Shown here: positions 37,097-45,760 of the stretch, piece by piece
Layout: each line of letters opens with the position of its first letter
Position numbering within the stretch: the first letter of the stretch is position 1
NCBI GenBank assembly: GCA_016791025.1
Contig: JAEUNX010000082.1
Span: 33,487 to 97,486, forward strand
Direction: 5' to 3'
Length of the DNA: 64,000 bases
Origin: Zoogloeaceae bacterium
Lineage (GTDB): Bacteria > Pseudomonadota > Gammaproteobacteria > Burkholderiales > Rhodocyclaceae
The notes under the pieces: model-generated
What the model was told of the DNA's origin: nothing
Seen by the model: the letters and a program-made list of their open reading frames with translations, nothing else
Database searches by the model: none
Program-made: the position numbers and the translations under genes

Positions 37097-37540
37097 ATGA
37101 GCGAATCCCTCTCGATCACTCTCACCCAACAGGCCGACTATCAGTTCCTCATCGACTTCGGTGGTGACCTTCAGCCCCTATTGACTGACGAGCCGCCGCC
37201 CCTGGGGGGTGGGGTGGGGCCAAAGCCGGATCACATGTTGCAGGCAGCCGTGGGGAATTGCCTCTTGGCAAGCCTCCTCTTCGCCCTGCGCAAGTTCAAA
37301 CAGGAGCCGGGAACCCTGACCGCGCAAATCACCAGCACGGTGGACCGCAACGACGCCAAGCGCCTGCGGGTGCTGGGAATCCAAGTGGACATCCGCTTCG
37401 AGGCCGCCGCCTCGGGCCTGGAACATCTGGATCGGGTGCTGGCGCAGTTCGAAGACTTCTGCACCGTGTCCCAAAGTGTTCAGCAGGGCATCCCGGTGGC
37501 GGTCACCGTCACCGACGGCGACGGCCAACGCCTCAAGTAG
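37097..37540 (+). CDS. OsmC/Ohr family protein
   Basis: 147 aa. Size and AVGNCLLASL...FCTVSQS, a two-Cys pattern. Confidence 0.7.
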   Translation: MSESLSITLTQQADYQFLIDFGGDLQPLLTDEPPPLGGGVGPKPDHMLQAAVGNCLLASLLFALRKFKQEPGTLTAQITSTVDRNDAKRLRVLGIQVDIRFEAAASGLEHLDRVLAQFEDFCTVSQSVQQGIPVAVTVTDGDGQRLK

Positions 37541-37552
37541 GGCCTTCCCGCC

Positions 37553-38350
37553 GTGCTAACGGCCTTGGTCTTGGGAGCGGTCATCGGGCTCATTCTCGGC
37601 CTGACCGGTGCCGGCGGCGGCAGCCTGGCGGTCCCGGCCCTGGTGTTCGGCCTCGGTCTCAGCATTCCCCAGGCCACCCCCATTGCCCTGCTGGCGGTGG
37701 CGGGGTCGGCCTTGCTGGGCACGGTGGAGGGGTTTCGACGCCGTTTGGTCCGTTACCGGGCGGCGAGCCTGATGGCACTGACCGGCATGGCGGCGACCCC
37801 CCTGGGGGTACTGGTGGCCCATCGCCTGCCTGAGCGAATTCTCCTGGGGCTTTCCGCCACCGTCCTCGGCATCGTCGCCGCCCGGGCCCTGGGGTGGGGG
37901 CAGGTCGATGATGCCCCGCCGGGCCCGGTTGCGTGCCAGCTGGATCCCACCACCGGACAGCTGCGCTGGGATGGCGGCGTCGCCGCCGTGCTGGCAGCCA
38001 TCGGGGCCGCAACGGGTTTGCTTTCCGGCCTTCTCGGTGTGGGGGGAGGATTCGTGATCGTGCCGGCGCTGCGGCGCGTGAGCGACATCCCCCTTGCGGG
38101 TATCGTCGCCACATCCTTGATGGTGATGTGCATCGTGAGCCTGGCGGCCCTGGTGGCCGCCGTTGCCCATGGCGCCACCCTCTCCGTCACCGTCGCCGGC
38201 CCCTTTGTCGGCGCCACGGCGCTGGGCATGGTGGCCGGCCGGCTCGCGGCCCGAAGGGTTGCCAGCCACCACGTACACCGCCTCTTCGGCTTAGTATTGC
38301 TCGTGGTGGCCCTGAGCCTCCTCGTCAAGGCGCTAACTTCCCCCACCTGA
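37553..38350 (+). CDS. TauE/SafE family sulfite/anion exporter
   Basis: 265 aa with a duplicated 4-TM pattern: LTGAGGGSLAVPAL and LLGVGGGFVIVPAL. Confidence 0.75.
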   Translation: MLTALVLGAVIGLILGLTGAGGGSLAVPALVFGLGLSIPQATPIALLAVAGSALLGTVEGFRRRLVRYRAASLMALTGMAATPLGVLVAHRLPERILLGLSATVLGIVAARALGWGQVDDAPPGPVACQLDPTTGQLRWDGGVAAVLAAIGAATGLLSGLLGVGGGFVIVPALRRVSDIPLAGIVATSLMVMCIVSLAALVAAVAHGATLSVTVAGPFVGATALGMVAGRLAARRVASHHVHRLFGLVLLVVALSLLVKALTSPT

Positions 38351-38460
38351 GCCCATGACGGGGCGTTGGTGCCCAACCTGCGAAGGCGAACCGGGGGCAC
38401 TAAATGCCATGGCCGGCATCCAACTATTCTTTGAGCTTCCTCATTGCGGAAGGATCCGAG

Positions 38461-38760
38461 ATGAGCTCCAAACACCTGAACCTGCTCCGCGCACTTTTCC
38501 AGAACCCGGTGAGTGCGAACATCCACTGGCGCGAGATCGAATCCCTGCTCACCCATTTGGGTGCTCGGGTCGAGGCCGCCCATGGCGCCCGCTTTCGCAT
38601 CGTCCTCAACGGGGTCGAAGGGTTTCTCCACCATCCGCACCACTCCAACGCCTGTCCGCCCCCTTTCATCAAGCAGGTTCGCGAATTGCTGACCCACGCC
38701 GGAATCAGCCCTTCTGCCTATGAGGAGCGCCAGCAAGCGGAAAGGGGCAAGGACAGCTAG
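38461..38760 (+). CDS. HicA-like toxin-fold protein
   Basis: Start moved to ATG 38461 (GGAAGGA RBS). The pattern SKHLNLLRALF..P....IHWREIESLL..LGA.....GARFRI.LNG....LHHPHH......FIKQVRELLTHAGI resembles a recalled HicA subfamily. No hicB lies adjacent. Confidence 0.5.
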   Translation: MSSKHLNLLRALFQNPVSANIHWREIESLLTHLGARVEAAHGARFRIVLNGVEGFLHHPHHSNACPPPFIKQVRELLTHAGISPSAYEERQQAERGKDS

Positions 38761-38848
38761 GACCCCTGCGGCCGATGTCAACCGCGGCCCCAAGGCGCGC
38801 CGGCCGTCTGCGGCTTGCGAGGGCCCTCCTTGACGCCGCATCGCCGAT

Positions 38849-38874
38849 CATTATTATTACGGTATTACTATAAC
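38849..38874 (+). promoter_or_regulatory. AT-rich patch with iterated TATTAC hexamers upstream of parA (promoter/operator candidate)
   Basis: CATTATTATTACGGTATTACTATAAC. TATTAC occurs at 38855 and 38863 (8-bp phasing), then TATAAC. It is the only AT-rich tract in the neighbourhood and lies 19-44 nt upstream of ATG 38893. Confidence 0.3.
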
Positions 38875-38892
38875 CAAACACCCGGAGACACC

Positions 38893-39549
38893 ATGACGGT
38901 GGTGGCCTTCGCCAACCAGAAAGGCGGCACCGGCAAGACCACCTTGCTGATGAATGTCGCAGCCGCCTTCCACCAGAGCGGGCGGCGGGTCACCATCCTC
39001 GACTGCGACCCCCAGGGCACCGCGTCGCGGTGGGCTCAAGCCAATGTGAAGCGACCATTCCCAGTGACAGTGACCCCCACAGGCCGCTTCGCCGAGGAGG
39101 TGCGCAAAGCGATCAAGTCGGCGCGGCACGGCGGTGACGCCCTAGTGTTGGTCGATTGCCCGCCGTCCGTGGAAGGTGAGGAAACTCGCGCCGCCCTGAC
39201 GGTGGCCGATTGGGTGGTGATTCCCGTTGCGCCGAGCCCACCCGATCTCTGGGCCACCCGGGGAATTGTCCACCTCATGGCGAGCCTGCCCGCCAAAGCC
39301 CGCCGCCAGGGCATTCTGGTGGCCAATCGGGTCACGCCTCGCAGCACGCTCGGTCGCGACGCCCTGGATCTCCTGGCCGAATTCGAATTTCCCCTCGCCG
39401 GCAGCACCATTGGCGCCCGCGCCGCCTATGGCCAGGCCGCGGCCCTCGGTTGCTCGGTTCTGGACCTGAAACGCGCGGAGGCTGCCGGCGCAGAAATCCG
39501 CGCCCTGGCCGATGAATTGCTGTCCCATATCGATGGAGCCCACCCATGA
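38893..39549 (+). CDS. ParA/ParF-type (type Ib, small) partition ATPase
   Basis: Start moved to ATG 38893. Deviant Walker A NQKGGTGKTT, A' ILDCDPQG, Walker B LVLVDCPP. 218 aa. Confidence 0.85.
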   Translation: MTVVAFANQKGGTGKTTLLMNVAAAFHQSGRRVTILDCDPQGTASRWAQANVKRPFPVTVTPTGRFAEEVRKAIKSARHGGDALVLVDCPPSVEGEETRAALTVADWVVIPVAPSPPDLWATRGIVHLMASLPAKARRQGILVANRVTPRSTLGRDALDLLAEFEFPLAGSTIGARAAYGQAAALGCSVLDLKRAEAAGAEIRALADELLSHIDGAHP

Positions 39550-40046
39550 CCTCAACCCTCAAAACTGCCCTCCAGGAATCCCTCCAGCAGGAGGACGCCG
39601 CACTCAAGGCCCGCCTCGACCCAACCACGGCCGATTCGCCACCGACCAAGCCAACGCGCAAGCCCCGGACCCCGAAGGCCGCCCCCGCAGCGCCAGATGC
39701 AGCAGTGAAAGCCAAGCCAGCGGTGACCAGGAAGCCGCGGGCCGCCGCACCCAAGGCCGTTCGCAAGGTGGCCTCGGAGGCCCCTGAGGTGGCGGCCAAG
39801 GCCATACCGGCGGCCCCAACACCGGCCAAGCCCCAGAAGGTCACCCGCGAATCCTTCTCCCTACCCGAAGGGGAGGCGGCTTTGATTCGCGCCCTGCGCA
39901 CCACCGTGGCCAAGGAGGGTCGCATCGCCACCAAATCCGAACTGATTCGTGCCGGCATCCAGTTGGCCGCGAGTCTGCCGACGACCGAATTGATGGCCCG
40001 CCTGGACACGCTGCCGCTGGTGGTCAAGAAAAAGAAGAAGAAGTAA
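39546..40046 (+). CDS. Pro/Ala/Lys-rich protein with C-terminal ribbon-helix-helix-like domain and hexalysine tail (ParG-like adaptor candidate)
   Basis: ATGA overlap with parA. Residues ~20-100 are low-complexity PTKPTRKPRTPKAAPAAPDAAVKAKPAV.... The C-terminus ESFSLPEGEAALIRALRTTVAKEG...KSELIRAGIQLA fits a beta-alpha-alpha pattern. Ends VVKKKKKK. Confidence 0.5.
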   Translation: MTSTLKTALQESLQQEDAALKARLDPTTADSPPTKPTRKPRTPKAAPAAPDAAVKAKPAVTRKPRAAAPKAVRKVASEAPEVAAKAIPAAPTPAKPQKVTRESFSLPEGEAALIRALRTTVAKEGRIATKSELIRAGIQLAASLPTTELMARLDTLPLVVKKKKKK

Positions 40047-40242
40047 TCGCGCTTCAGGCCACCGCAATCCCGCGCCCCCTCAATGGGGCGGCCGGGGTTT
40101 GTGAAAACTCGGCGGCACCAAGGGAATTGGCCCGGCGGGACTGCGAACGGAAGTGATCGTCAATCCGGCCCAGCGACAGCGGCGGTTTGACACCCATCCC
40201 CGCCTCCCGCACCATTCGCCTTCCTTTTTGCACGTCCGTCGC

Positions 40243-41577
40243 ATGGCCGCCGCCGATCTGCTTCAGCGCTCCCTGGGCGCCGTCTGGCACCCCTGCACCC
40301 AGATGCGCCACCACCAACCTGGGGCCACCTCGCCACTTCCTCTCGTTCCCGTCGTCCGGGGTCAGGGGGTGTGGCTGGAGGATGCCTCGGGTCACCGCAT
40401 ACTCGACGGCATCAGTTCCTGGTGGGTCAATCTCTTTGGCCATTGCCACCCCCAGATCGGGGCCGCAATCAAGGCCCAGCTCGACACCCTGGAGCACGTG
40501 ATGCTGGCGGGCTGTACCCATCCGCCGGTGGTGGAACTCTCCGAGCGGCTCGCGGCCCTCACCGGCCACCGTCTCGGGCATGCCTTTTATGCCTCGGATG
40601 GCGCCTCGGCCACCGAGATTGCGCTCAAGATGAGCGCCCATTACTGGCGCAATCAAGGTCAGACGGAAAAATGCCGGTTCATCAGCCTGGCTGGCGGTTA
40701 TCACGGCGAAACCGTCGGCGCCCTGGCGGTCACCGACGTCCCGCTGTTTCGTGAGGCGTACGCGCCCCTGATCCTCGCCGGCACCAGCGTGATGAGTCCG
40801 GACGCCCGCCAAGCCTGTGCCGGCGAAAGCCCAGCCGACGTGGCGCGCCGCGCCGCCCAGGCCCTGGAGGCCCACCTCGACGCCCATCACAGGGAAACCG
40901 CGGCGCTGATTGTCGAGCCCCTCGTCCAGGGGGCTGCTGGCATGGCCATGTACGACCCCAGCTACCTCCGCCACGCCCGAAGATTGTGCGATCGCTACGG
41001 GGTGCATCTGATCGCCGACGAGATCGCCATGGGTTGCGGCCGGACCGGCACCTTCTTCGCCAGCGAACAAGCGGAGATCTGGCCCGACTTCCTGTGCCTT
41101 TCGAAGGGCATCTCCGGAGGCTACCTCCCCCTCTCCCTGGTCCTCACGACCGATGGGGTGTTTGACGCCTTTCTCGATGACGACACGGCCCGGGGGTTCC
41201 TTCATTCCCATTCGTACACCGGCAATCCCCTGGCCTGCCGCGCTGCGCTGGCCACCCTGGATCTGTTCCGCGACGAAGACGTACTGACGGCCAATATCGA
41301 CCGCTCCCGCCGCCTGCGGGCCGCCTTCGACGCCCGGTTCGCGGATCACCCCCGCCTGCGCCACCAGCGCGCTCGGGGCATGGTTCTGGCCTTCGATGTG
41401 GCGGATGCCCCGCCCGATTTTTCCCGCCGCTTCTTTGCCGCAGGCCTGGAAGCCCGGGTGCTGCTGCGACCGATCGGCGCCACGGTGTACTTCATGCCCC
41501 CCTACGTGATCGATGGCGCGGAAATCGACCATCTGATGGACGGCGCCGCCGTCGCCCTTGAACGTGTCCTTGCCTGA
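40243..41577 (+). CDS. bioA: Adenosylmethionine-8-amino-7-oxononanoate aminotransferase
   Basis: Start moved to ATG 40243 (MAAADLLQRSLGAVWHPCTQM). SSWWVNLFGH and EIAMGCGRTGTFFA...LCLSKGISGGYLPL (PLP Lys). Confidence 0.9.
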   Translation: MAAADLLQRSLGAVWHPCTQMRHHQPGATSPLPLVPVVRGQGVWLEDASGHRILDGISSWWVNLFGHCHPQIGAAIKAQLDTLEHVMLAGCTHPPVVELSERLAALTGHRLGHAFYASDGASATEIALKMSAHYWRNQGQTEKCRFISLAGGYHGETVGALAVTDVPLFREAYAPLILAGTSVMSPDARQACAGESPADVARRAAQALEAHLDAHHRETAALIVEPLVQGAAGMAMYDPSYLRHARRLCDRYGVHLIADEIAMGCGRTGTFFASEQAEIWPDFLCLSKGISGGYLPLSLVLTTDGVFDAFLDDDTARGFLHSHSYTGNPLACRAALATLDLFRDEDVLTANIDRSRRLRAAFDARFADHPRLRHQRARGMVLAFDVADAPPDFSRRFFAAGLEARVLLRPIGATVYFMPPYVIDGAEIDHLMDGAAVALERVLA

Positions 41578-42745
41578 CTCGGTCCTGCGGGACGAACTCA
41601 TCGCCCATCTCGCCGCCCTGGACGAAGGGGCCCTGCGGCGTCGTCGGCGCACCGTGGAAGATCCCTGCGGCCCTCACGTCCGGGTGGACGGCCGTCCGAT
41701 GCTCGCCTTTTGCAGTAATGACTACCTGGGTTTTGCCGGCCACCCCCTGCTCGCGCAAGCCCTGCAGGAGGGGGCGGCCCGGTGGGGGGTCGGCTCCGGC
41801 GCCTCCCATCTGGTGAGTGGCCATTACCATGTCCATGAGGTTCTCGAATCTCGCCTCGCGGCCCTGGTGGGGCGCCCACGAGCCCTTTATCTCTCCACCG
41901 GCTACATGGCCAATCTGGGAATCCCCTCGGCCCTGGTCGGCCGGGGTGACGCCATCTTCGCCGACCGTCTGAACCATGCCTCCCTGGTGGATGGGGCCCG
42001 CCTGACCCGGGCCGACGTGCATCGGTATCCCCATGCCAACCTTGGCGCCCTGGCCCGTCAGTTGGAGGCCTGCCCGGCGCGGCGCAAACTGATCCTCACC
42101 GACGCCGTGTTCAGCATGGACGGAGACCTGGCGCCCCTGCCGGAACTGCTCGACCTTGCCGAACGGCACGACGCCTGGCTGGTGGTGGACGACGCCCACG
42201 GCTTTGGCGTGCTGGGCCCCCGGGGCGCCGGGGCGGCTGCCCACTTCGGCCTGCCCGACACCTGGCGGGTGGTTTACATCGGCACTCTGGGCAAAGCGGC
42301 CGGGGTGTCCGGCGCCTTCGTCGCGGGTGACGAGGTGGTGATCGAGACCATCCTTCAGGCCGCCCGCCCTTATCTCTTCACCACCGGCTCACCCCCCGCC
42401 CTGGCCCACGCCTTATTGACGAGCCTGGATCTCATCGCCCAAGGGGATGGACGCCGGGCCCATCTCACCGTCCTCATCGCATCGCTACGCGCGGCGCTGC
42501 CCCTGCAGCGTTGGTCCCTCCTTCCCTCGCCCTCGCCCATTCAGCCGGTGGTCATTGGTGACAATGCCGAGACGCTTCGAGTCGCCCGGGCCTTGTGGGA
42601 GCAGGGCTTATGGGTGCCCGCCATCCGTCCTCCCACGGTTCCGCAGCATTCAGCCCGCCTGCGGATCTCGCTCTCCGCCGCCCACACCCTGGAGGACGTT
42701 GCCCATTTGGCCGAGGCCCTGCTCCGCCTGGAGGCATCTGCATGA
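41558..42745 (+). CDS. bioF: 8-amino-7-oxononanoate synthase
   Basis: FCSNDYLG and [13 protein letters not shown] (PLP Lys). The start overlaps the bioA end, and the exact start codon (TTG/GTG) is uncertain. Confidence 0.9.
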   Translation: MNVSLPDSVLRDELIAHLAALDEGALRRRRRTVEDPCGPHVRVDGRPMLAFCSNDYLGFAGHPLLAQALQEGAARWGVGSGASHLVSGHYHVHEVLESRLAALVGRPRALYLSTGYMANLGIPSALVGRGDAIFADRLNHASLVDGARLTRADVHRYPHANLGALARQLEACPARRKLILTDAVFSMDGDLAPLPELLDLAERHDAWLVVDDAHGFGVLGPRGAGAAAHFGLPDTWRVVYIGTLGKAAGVSGAFVAGDEVVIETILQAARPYLFTTGSPPALAHALLTSLDLIAQGDGRRAHLTVLIASLRAALPLQRWSLLPSPSPIQPVVIGDNAETLRVARALWEQGLWVPAIRPPTVPQHSARLRISLSAAHTLEDVAHLAEALLRLEASA

Positions 42746-43479
42746 AGTCCCCATTGGTCATGCTCCACGGCTGGGGCTTGTCTCCGGCGGTCTTCGGCGG
42801 GCTGCGCCCCCAGTTGCAAGGTTTCTCACGCATCGTCGCGCCCTGGTTGCCGGGACATGGCCCCGCCGAAGCAGCCCACGGCCCCGAACTGGCTGACTGG
42901 ACCGACCTGCTGGTCCCGGACCTTCCCGACCAAGCGGTAGTGCTGGGATGGTCCCTCGGGGGAATGATTGCCCTTGATCTGGCACGCCGTCATCCCCGCA
43001 AGGTCGCCCGATTGATTCTGGTGGGGGCCACGCCGCGCTTTGTTGCCAAGGATGACTGGCCCCATGGCCTCGCGCCCGCCGTGGTCGAGGAATTTCGCGC
43101 CGGGTTTGCGGCCGATCCCGCCGCCACCCTGCGACGCTTCATCGCCCTGCAGACCCTCGGCGATGCCCGCCGCAAGGCGGTGGCCCTGGCCCTGTCCGAG
43201 GGGCTTGCGCCCGTTGGACAGGCCGAAGGCTGCGCCCCAGCCGAGGGATTGCGTCTCCTCGCGGAGACCGATCTACGATCGATCGTAGCGGACGTCGGCG
43301 TCCCCACCCGGGTCCTCCACGGCCGCCACGATGCCCTCATGTCTGCCGAGGCGGCAGTCTGGCTGGCGGACCATTTACCCGACGGTCGCCTGAGCATTTT
43401 CGAGCAGGCCGGCCATGCACCCTTCCTCTCGATGCCGGCGCAATTTGCCGTCCTCGTTGATGGCTTCGCCCATGAGTGA
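42742..43479 (+). CDS. bioH: Pimeloyl-ACP methyl ester esterase
   Basis: Start moved to ATG 42742 (ATGA overlap). Alpha/beta hydrolase with nucleophile elbow GWSLGG. Confidence 0.75.
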   Translation: MKSPLVMLHGWGLSPAVFGGLRPQLQGFSRIVAPWLPGHGPAEAAHGPELADWTDLLVPDLPDQAVVLGWSLGGMIALDLARRHPRKVARLILVGATPRFVAKDDWPHGLAPAVVEEFRAGFAADPAATLRRFIALQTLGDARRKAVALALSEGLAPVGQAEGCAPAEGLRLLAETDLRSIVADVGVPTRVLHGRHDALMSAEAAVWLADHLPDGRLSIFEQAGHAPFLSMPAQFAVLVDGFAHE

Positions 43480-44257
43480 ACCTCCGGTGCGACGCCAAGT
43501 CCGGGCTGCCTTCGACAAGGCGGCAGGCAGTTATGACGCTGCGGCCACGGTGCAGCGTGAAGTCTGCCGCCACCTTGATGCCCTGGCCCGGCGCCGTCCC
43601 TGTGCGACACCACATCGCATTCTCGACGCCGGCTGCGGCACCGGATTTGGTCTCCCGTTTCTCCGCGGCCGCTTTCCTGCCAGCGAGGTTCTGGCACTGG
43701 ATTTCGCGCCGGCCATGCTGCAGCGGTTGCCGCCGGGTCTGGCGCTGGCCCTGGGCGGCGACATGGAGCACCTGCCCCTGGCGAACGCCTCGGTGGACGC
43801 CGTGTGGTCCAGCCTCGCGCTTCAGTGGTGCCATCCTGGCCGTGCTCTGGCGGAAGCGACTCGGGTGCTTCGGCCTGGCGGCCAGGCCTGGCTCGCCACC
43901 CTGGGGCCTGCCACGCTTTGGGAACTGCGCGAGGCCTTCGCCGGACTGGACGATGCCGAACATGTGCTCGGCTTCCACGATCTGACGGCCTGGACGGCGG
44001 ACGCTACCCAAGTCGGCCTTGCAATCATCGCCACTGAGCAATTCGCCACCCCCGCCACAGCCCCCAACCTGCGGGAACTCCTGCGGGACATCAAGGCCAT
44101 CGGCGCGCACAATGTGGGCAGCGGGCGCCGCCGGGCGCCCCTCGGCAAGGCCGCCTGGCAGATCCTGGAAGCACGTTACGAAACCCATCGCCGCGCCGAC
44201 GGCTGGCTCCCCGCCACTTATGACGTGATTTTGCTGCATCTGGAGAAACCACTATGA
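43472..44257 (+). CDS. bioC: Malonyl-ACP O-methyltransferase
   Basis: Start moved to ATG 43472. FDKAAGSYDAAATVQR and the SAM motif ILDAGCGTG. Confidence 0.8.
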   Translation: MSEPPVRRQVRAAFDKAAGSYDAAATVQREVCRHLDALARRRPCATPHRILDAGCGTGFGLPFLRGRFPASEVLALDFAPAMLQRLPPGLALALGGDMEHLPLANASVDAVWSSLALQWCHPGRALAEATRVLRPGGQAWLATLGPATLWELREAFAGLDDAEHVLGFHDLTAWTADATQVGLAIIATEQFATPATAPNLRELLRDIKAIGAHNVGSGRRRAPLGKAAWQILEARYETHRRADGWLPATYDVILLHLEKPL

Positions 44258-44943
44258 GTTCGCGGGCCTTCTTCGTCACCGGTACCGATACCGAGGTCGG
44301 CAAGACCTTTACGACTTGCGCGCTGATCCACGCCACTCGTGTCCTCGGGCTGTCGGCGGTCGGGATGAAGCCGGTGGCGGCAGGAGCCGATGAAGTGGAC
44401 GGCCGCGCCATCAACGATGATGTCGCGGCGCTGATCGCGGCAAGCAGCGTCATTCGCCCGGAGCGCGAGGTCAATCCCTACCTCCTGCGCGCGCCGGTCG
44501 CACCCCATATTGCAGCCCTGGAGGATGGCATCCAGCTCTCCCCGATTGCGATCTTCACCGCACTCAAGAATCTGCGCGCCGCAGCGGACGTGGTGTTCGT
44601 CGAGGGCGTGGGCGGATTTCGTGTTCCCCTCGGGCCAGCCTATGACAGCGCCGACCTGGCCCGGGACCTGGGCCTGCCGGTGATCTTGGTGGTGGGCATG
44701 AGACTGGGGTGCCTCAGCCATGCCCTTCTCACCGCCGAGGCCATCGACCGGCGCGGGCTCAGCTTGGCCGGCTGGGTTGCCAATCAAATCGATCCGGCCA
44801 TGCTGCGCTTTCAGGAGAATCGCGAGGCCCTGGCCTCCCGAATTGGTGCCCCGCTCCTCGGCACGCTTGCCCACCAGGCAGCCCCCCTGCCCGACGCCCG
44901 CGAGGCCGCCGGGCAGTTGAACGTCGCCACCCTCCTGGCCTGA
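44254..44943 (+). CDS. bioD: Dethiobiotin synthase
   Basis: FFVTGTDTEVGKT P-loop and VEGVGG. ATGA overlap with bioC. Confidence 0.9.
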   Translation: MSSRAFFVTGTDTEVGKTFTTCALIHATRVLGLSAVGMKPVAAGADEVDGRAINDDVAALIAASSVIRPEREVNPYLLRAPVAPHIAALEDGIQLSPIAIFTALKNLRAAADVVFVEGVGGFRVPLGPAYDSADLARDLGLPVILVVGMRLGCLSHALLTAEAIDRRGLSLAGWVANQIDPAMLRFQENREALASRIGAPLLGTLAHQAAPLPDAREAAGQLNVATLLA

Positions 44944-44965
44944 CCCATCAGGCTCGCGCTGCCGG

Positions 44966-45760
44966 TCAGCGCCCCTGCCGCTGGCGAACCTGCTCGAACA
45001 GACAAATCGCCGCCGCCGCCCCCACGTTGAGGGATTCGACCCCAACCGTCATGGGAATCACCACCTGCCCCTGGGCCTGAGCCAAGAGCCCGGACGAAAG
45101 GCCCTGCCCTTCCGATCCGAGCAACCACGCCACCGGGCCCCGCAAATCCCAGTCGTAGAGCGACCGGGCGCCGGCCCCCACCCCGGTGGCGAGGCGGATG
45201 CCATGGAAATGGACAAGGATATCCTCGCCCTCGTCCGCCTCAATAATGTCGAGCACGAAATGGGCCCCCATCCCGGCCCGCAGAACCTTGGGGGACCAGG
45301 CCTGGGCGCAACCCGGCGTGAGGATTACCGTACCCACCCCGGCAGCCGCCGCGGTCCGCAAAATGGTGCCGACATTGCCGGCATCCTGGATTCGATCGAG
45401 TACCACCCAATCCCCGATCGCATCGCCCAGCGCCGGGCGCGGGGGCACAGCAAGAATCGCGAGGATGCCCGTGGGCGATTCCACTGGGCTTACCCAGGCG
45501 AAGAGCGGCCCCGCCAGGACGGTGGTCGGCCCATTCCACCGGCCGAGGATCTCCTGAACCTCCACCCGTGTCCGGGCAGGTTCGGCCACCACGAGTTCGA
45601 CCACCTTGGCCCGTGCGCCGAGGGCCGCATCGACCAGGTGGGGGCCATCGAGCACCGTCTGACCGGCCTCCCGCCGCGCACGGGCGTCATGGGCCAGGGC
45701 TCTAAGATGCTTGACGTGGGCGTTGTCCCGCGACGTGAGAACGCGATCGGGGTCGATCAC
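44966..45760 (-). CDS. TrmH/SpoU-family RNA 2'-O-methyltransferase
   Basis: Start set at GTG 45760 (GTGA overlap with the upstream stop). VLDRIQDAGNVGTILRTAAAAG, LLGSEGQGLS, IPMTVGVESLNVGAAAAICLFE. Confidence 0.75.
   Translation of the reverse strand: MIDPDRVLTSRDNAHVKHLRALAHDARARREAGQTVLDGPHLVDAALGARAKVVELVVAEPARTRVEVQEILGRWNGPTTVLAGPLFAWVSPVESPTGILAILAVPPRPALGDAIGDWVVLDRIQDAGNVGTILRTAAAAGVGTVILTPGCAQAWSPKVLRAGMGAHFVLDIIEADEGEDILVHFHGIRLATGVGAGARSLYDWDLRGPVAWLLGSEGQGLSSGLLAQAQGQVVIPMTVGVESLNVGAAAAICLFEQVRQRQGR

Noticed and set aside
40047-40242. BirA/bioO-type operator upstream of bioA
   Set aside because: No TTGTAAACC-like inverted repeat was found, only a weak GC hairpin after the preceding gene.
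40054-41652. 532-aa ORF on the minus strand covering the whole bioA region
   Set aside because: It is antisense to a clear BioA with PLP-lysine and family motifs. Its product is Arg/Gly/Pro-rich low-complexity, typical of shadow ORFs in high-GC DNA.
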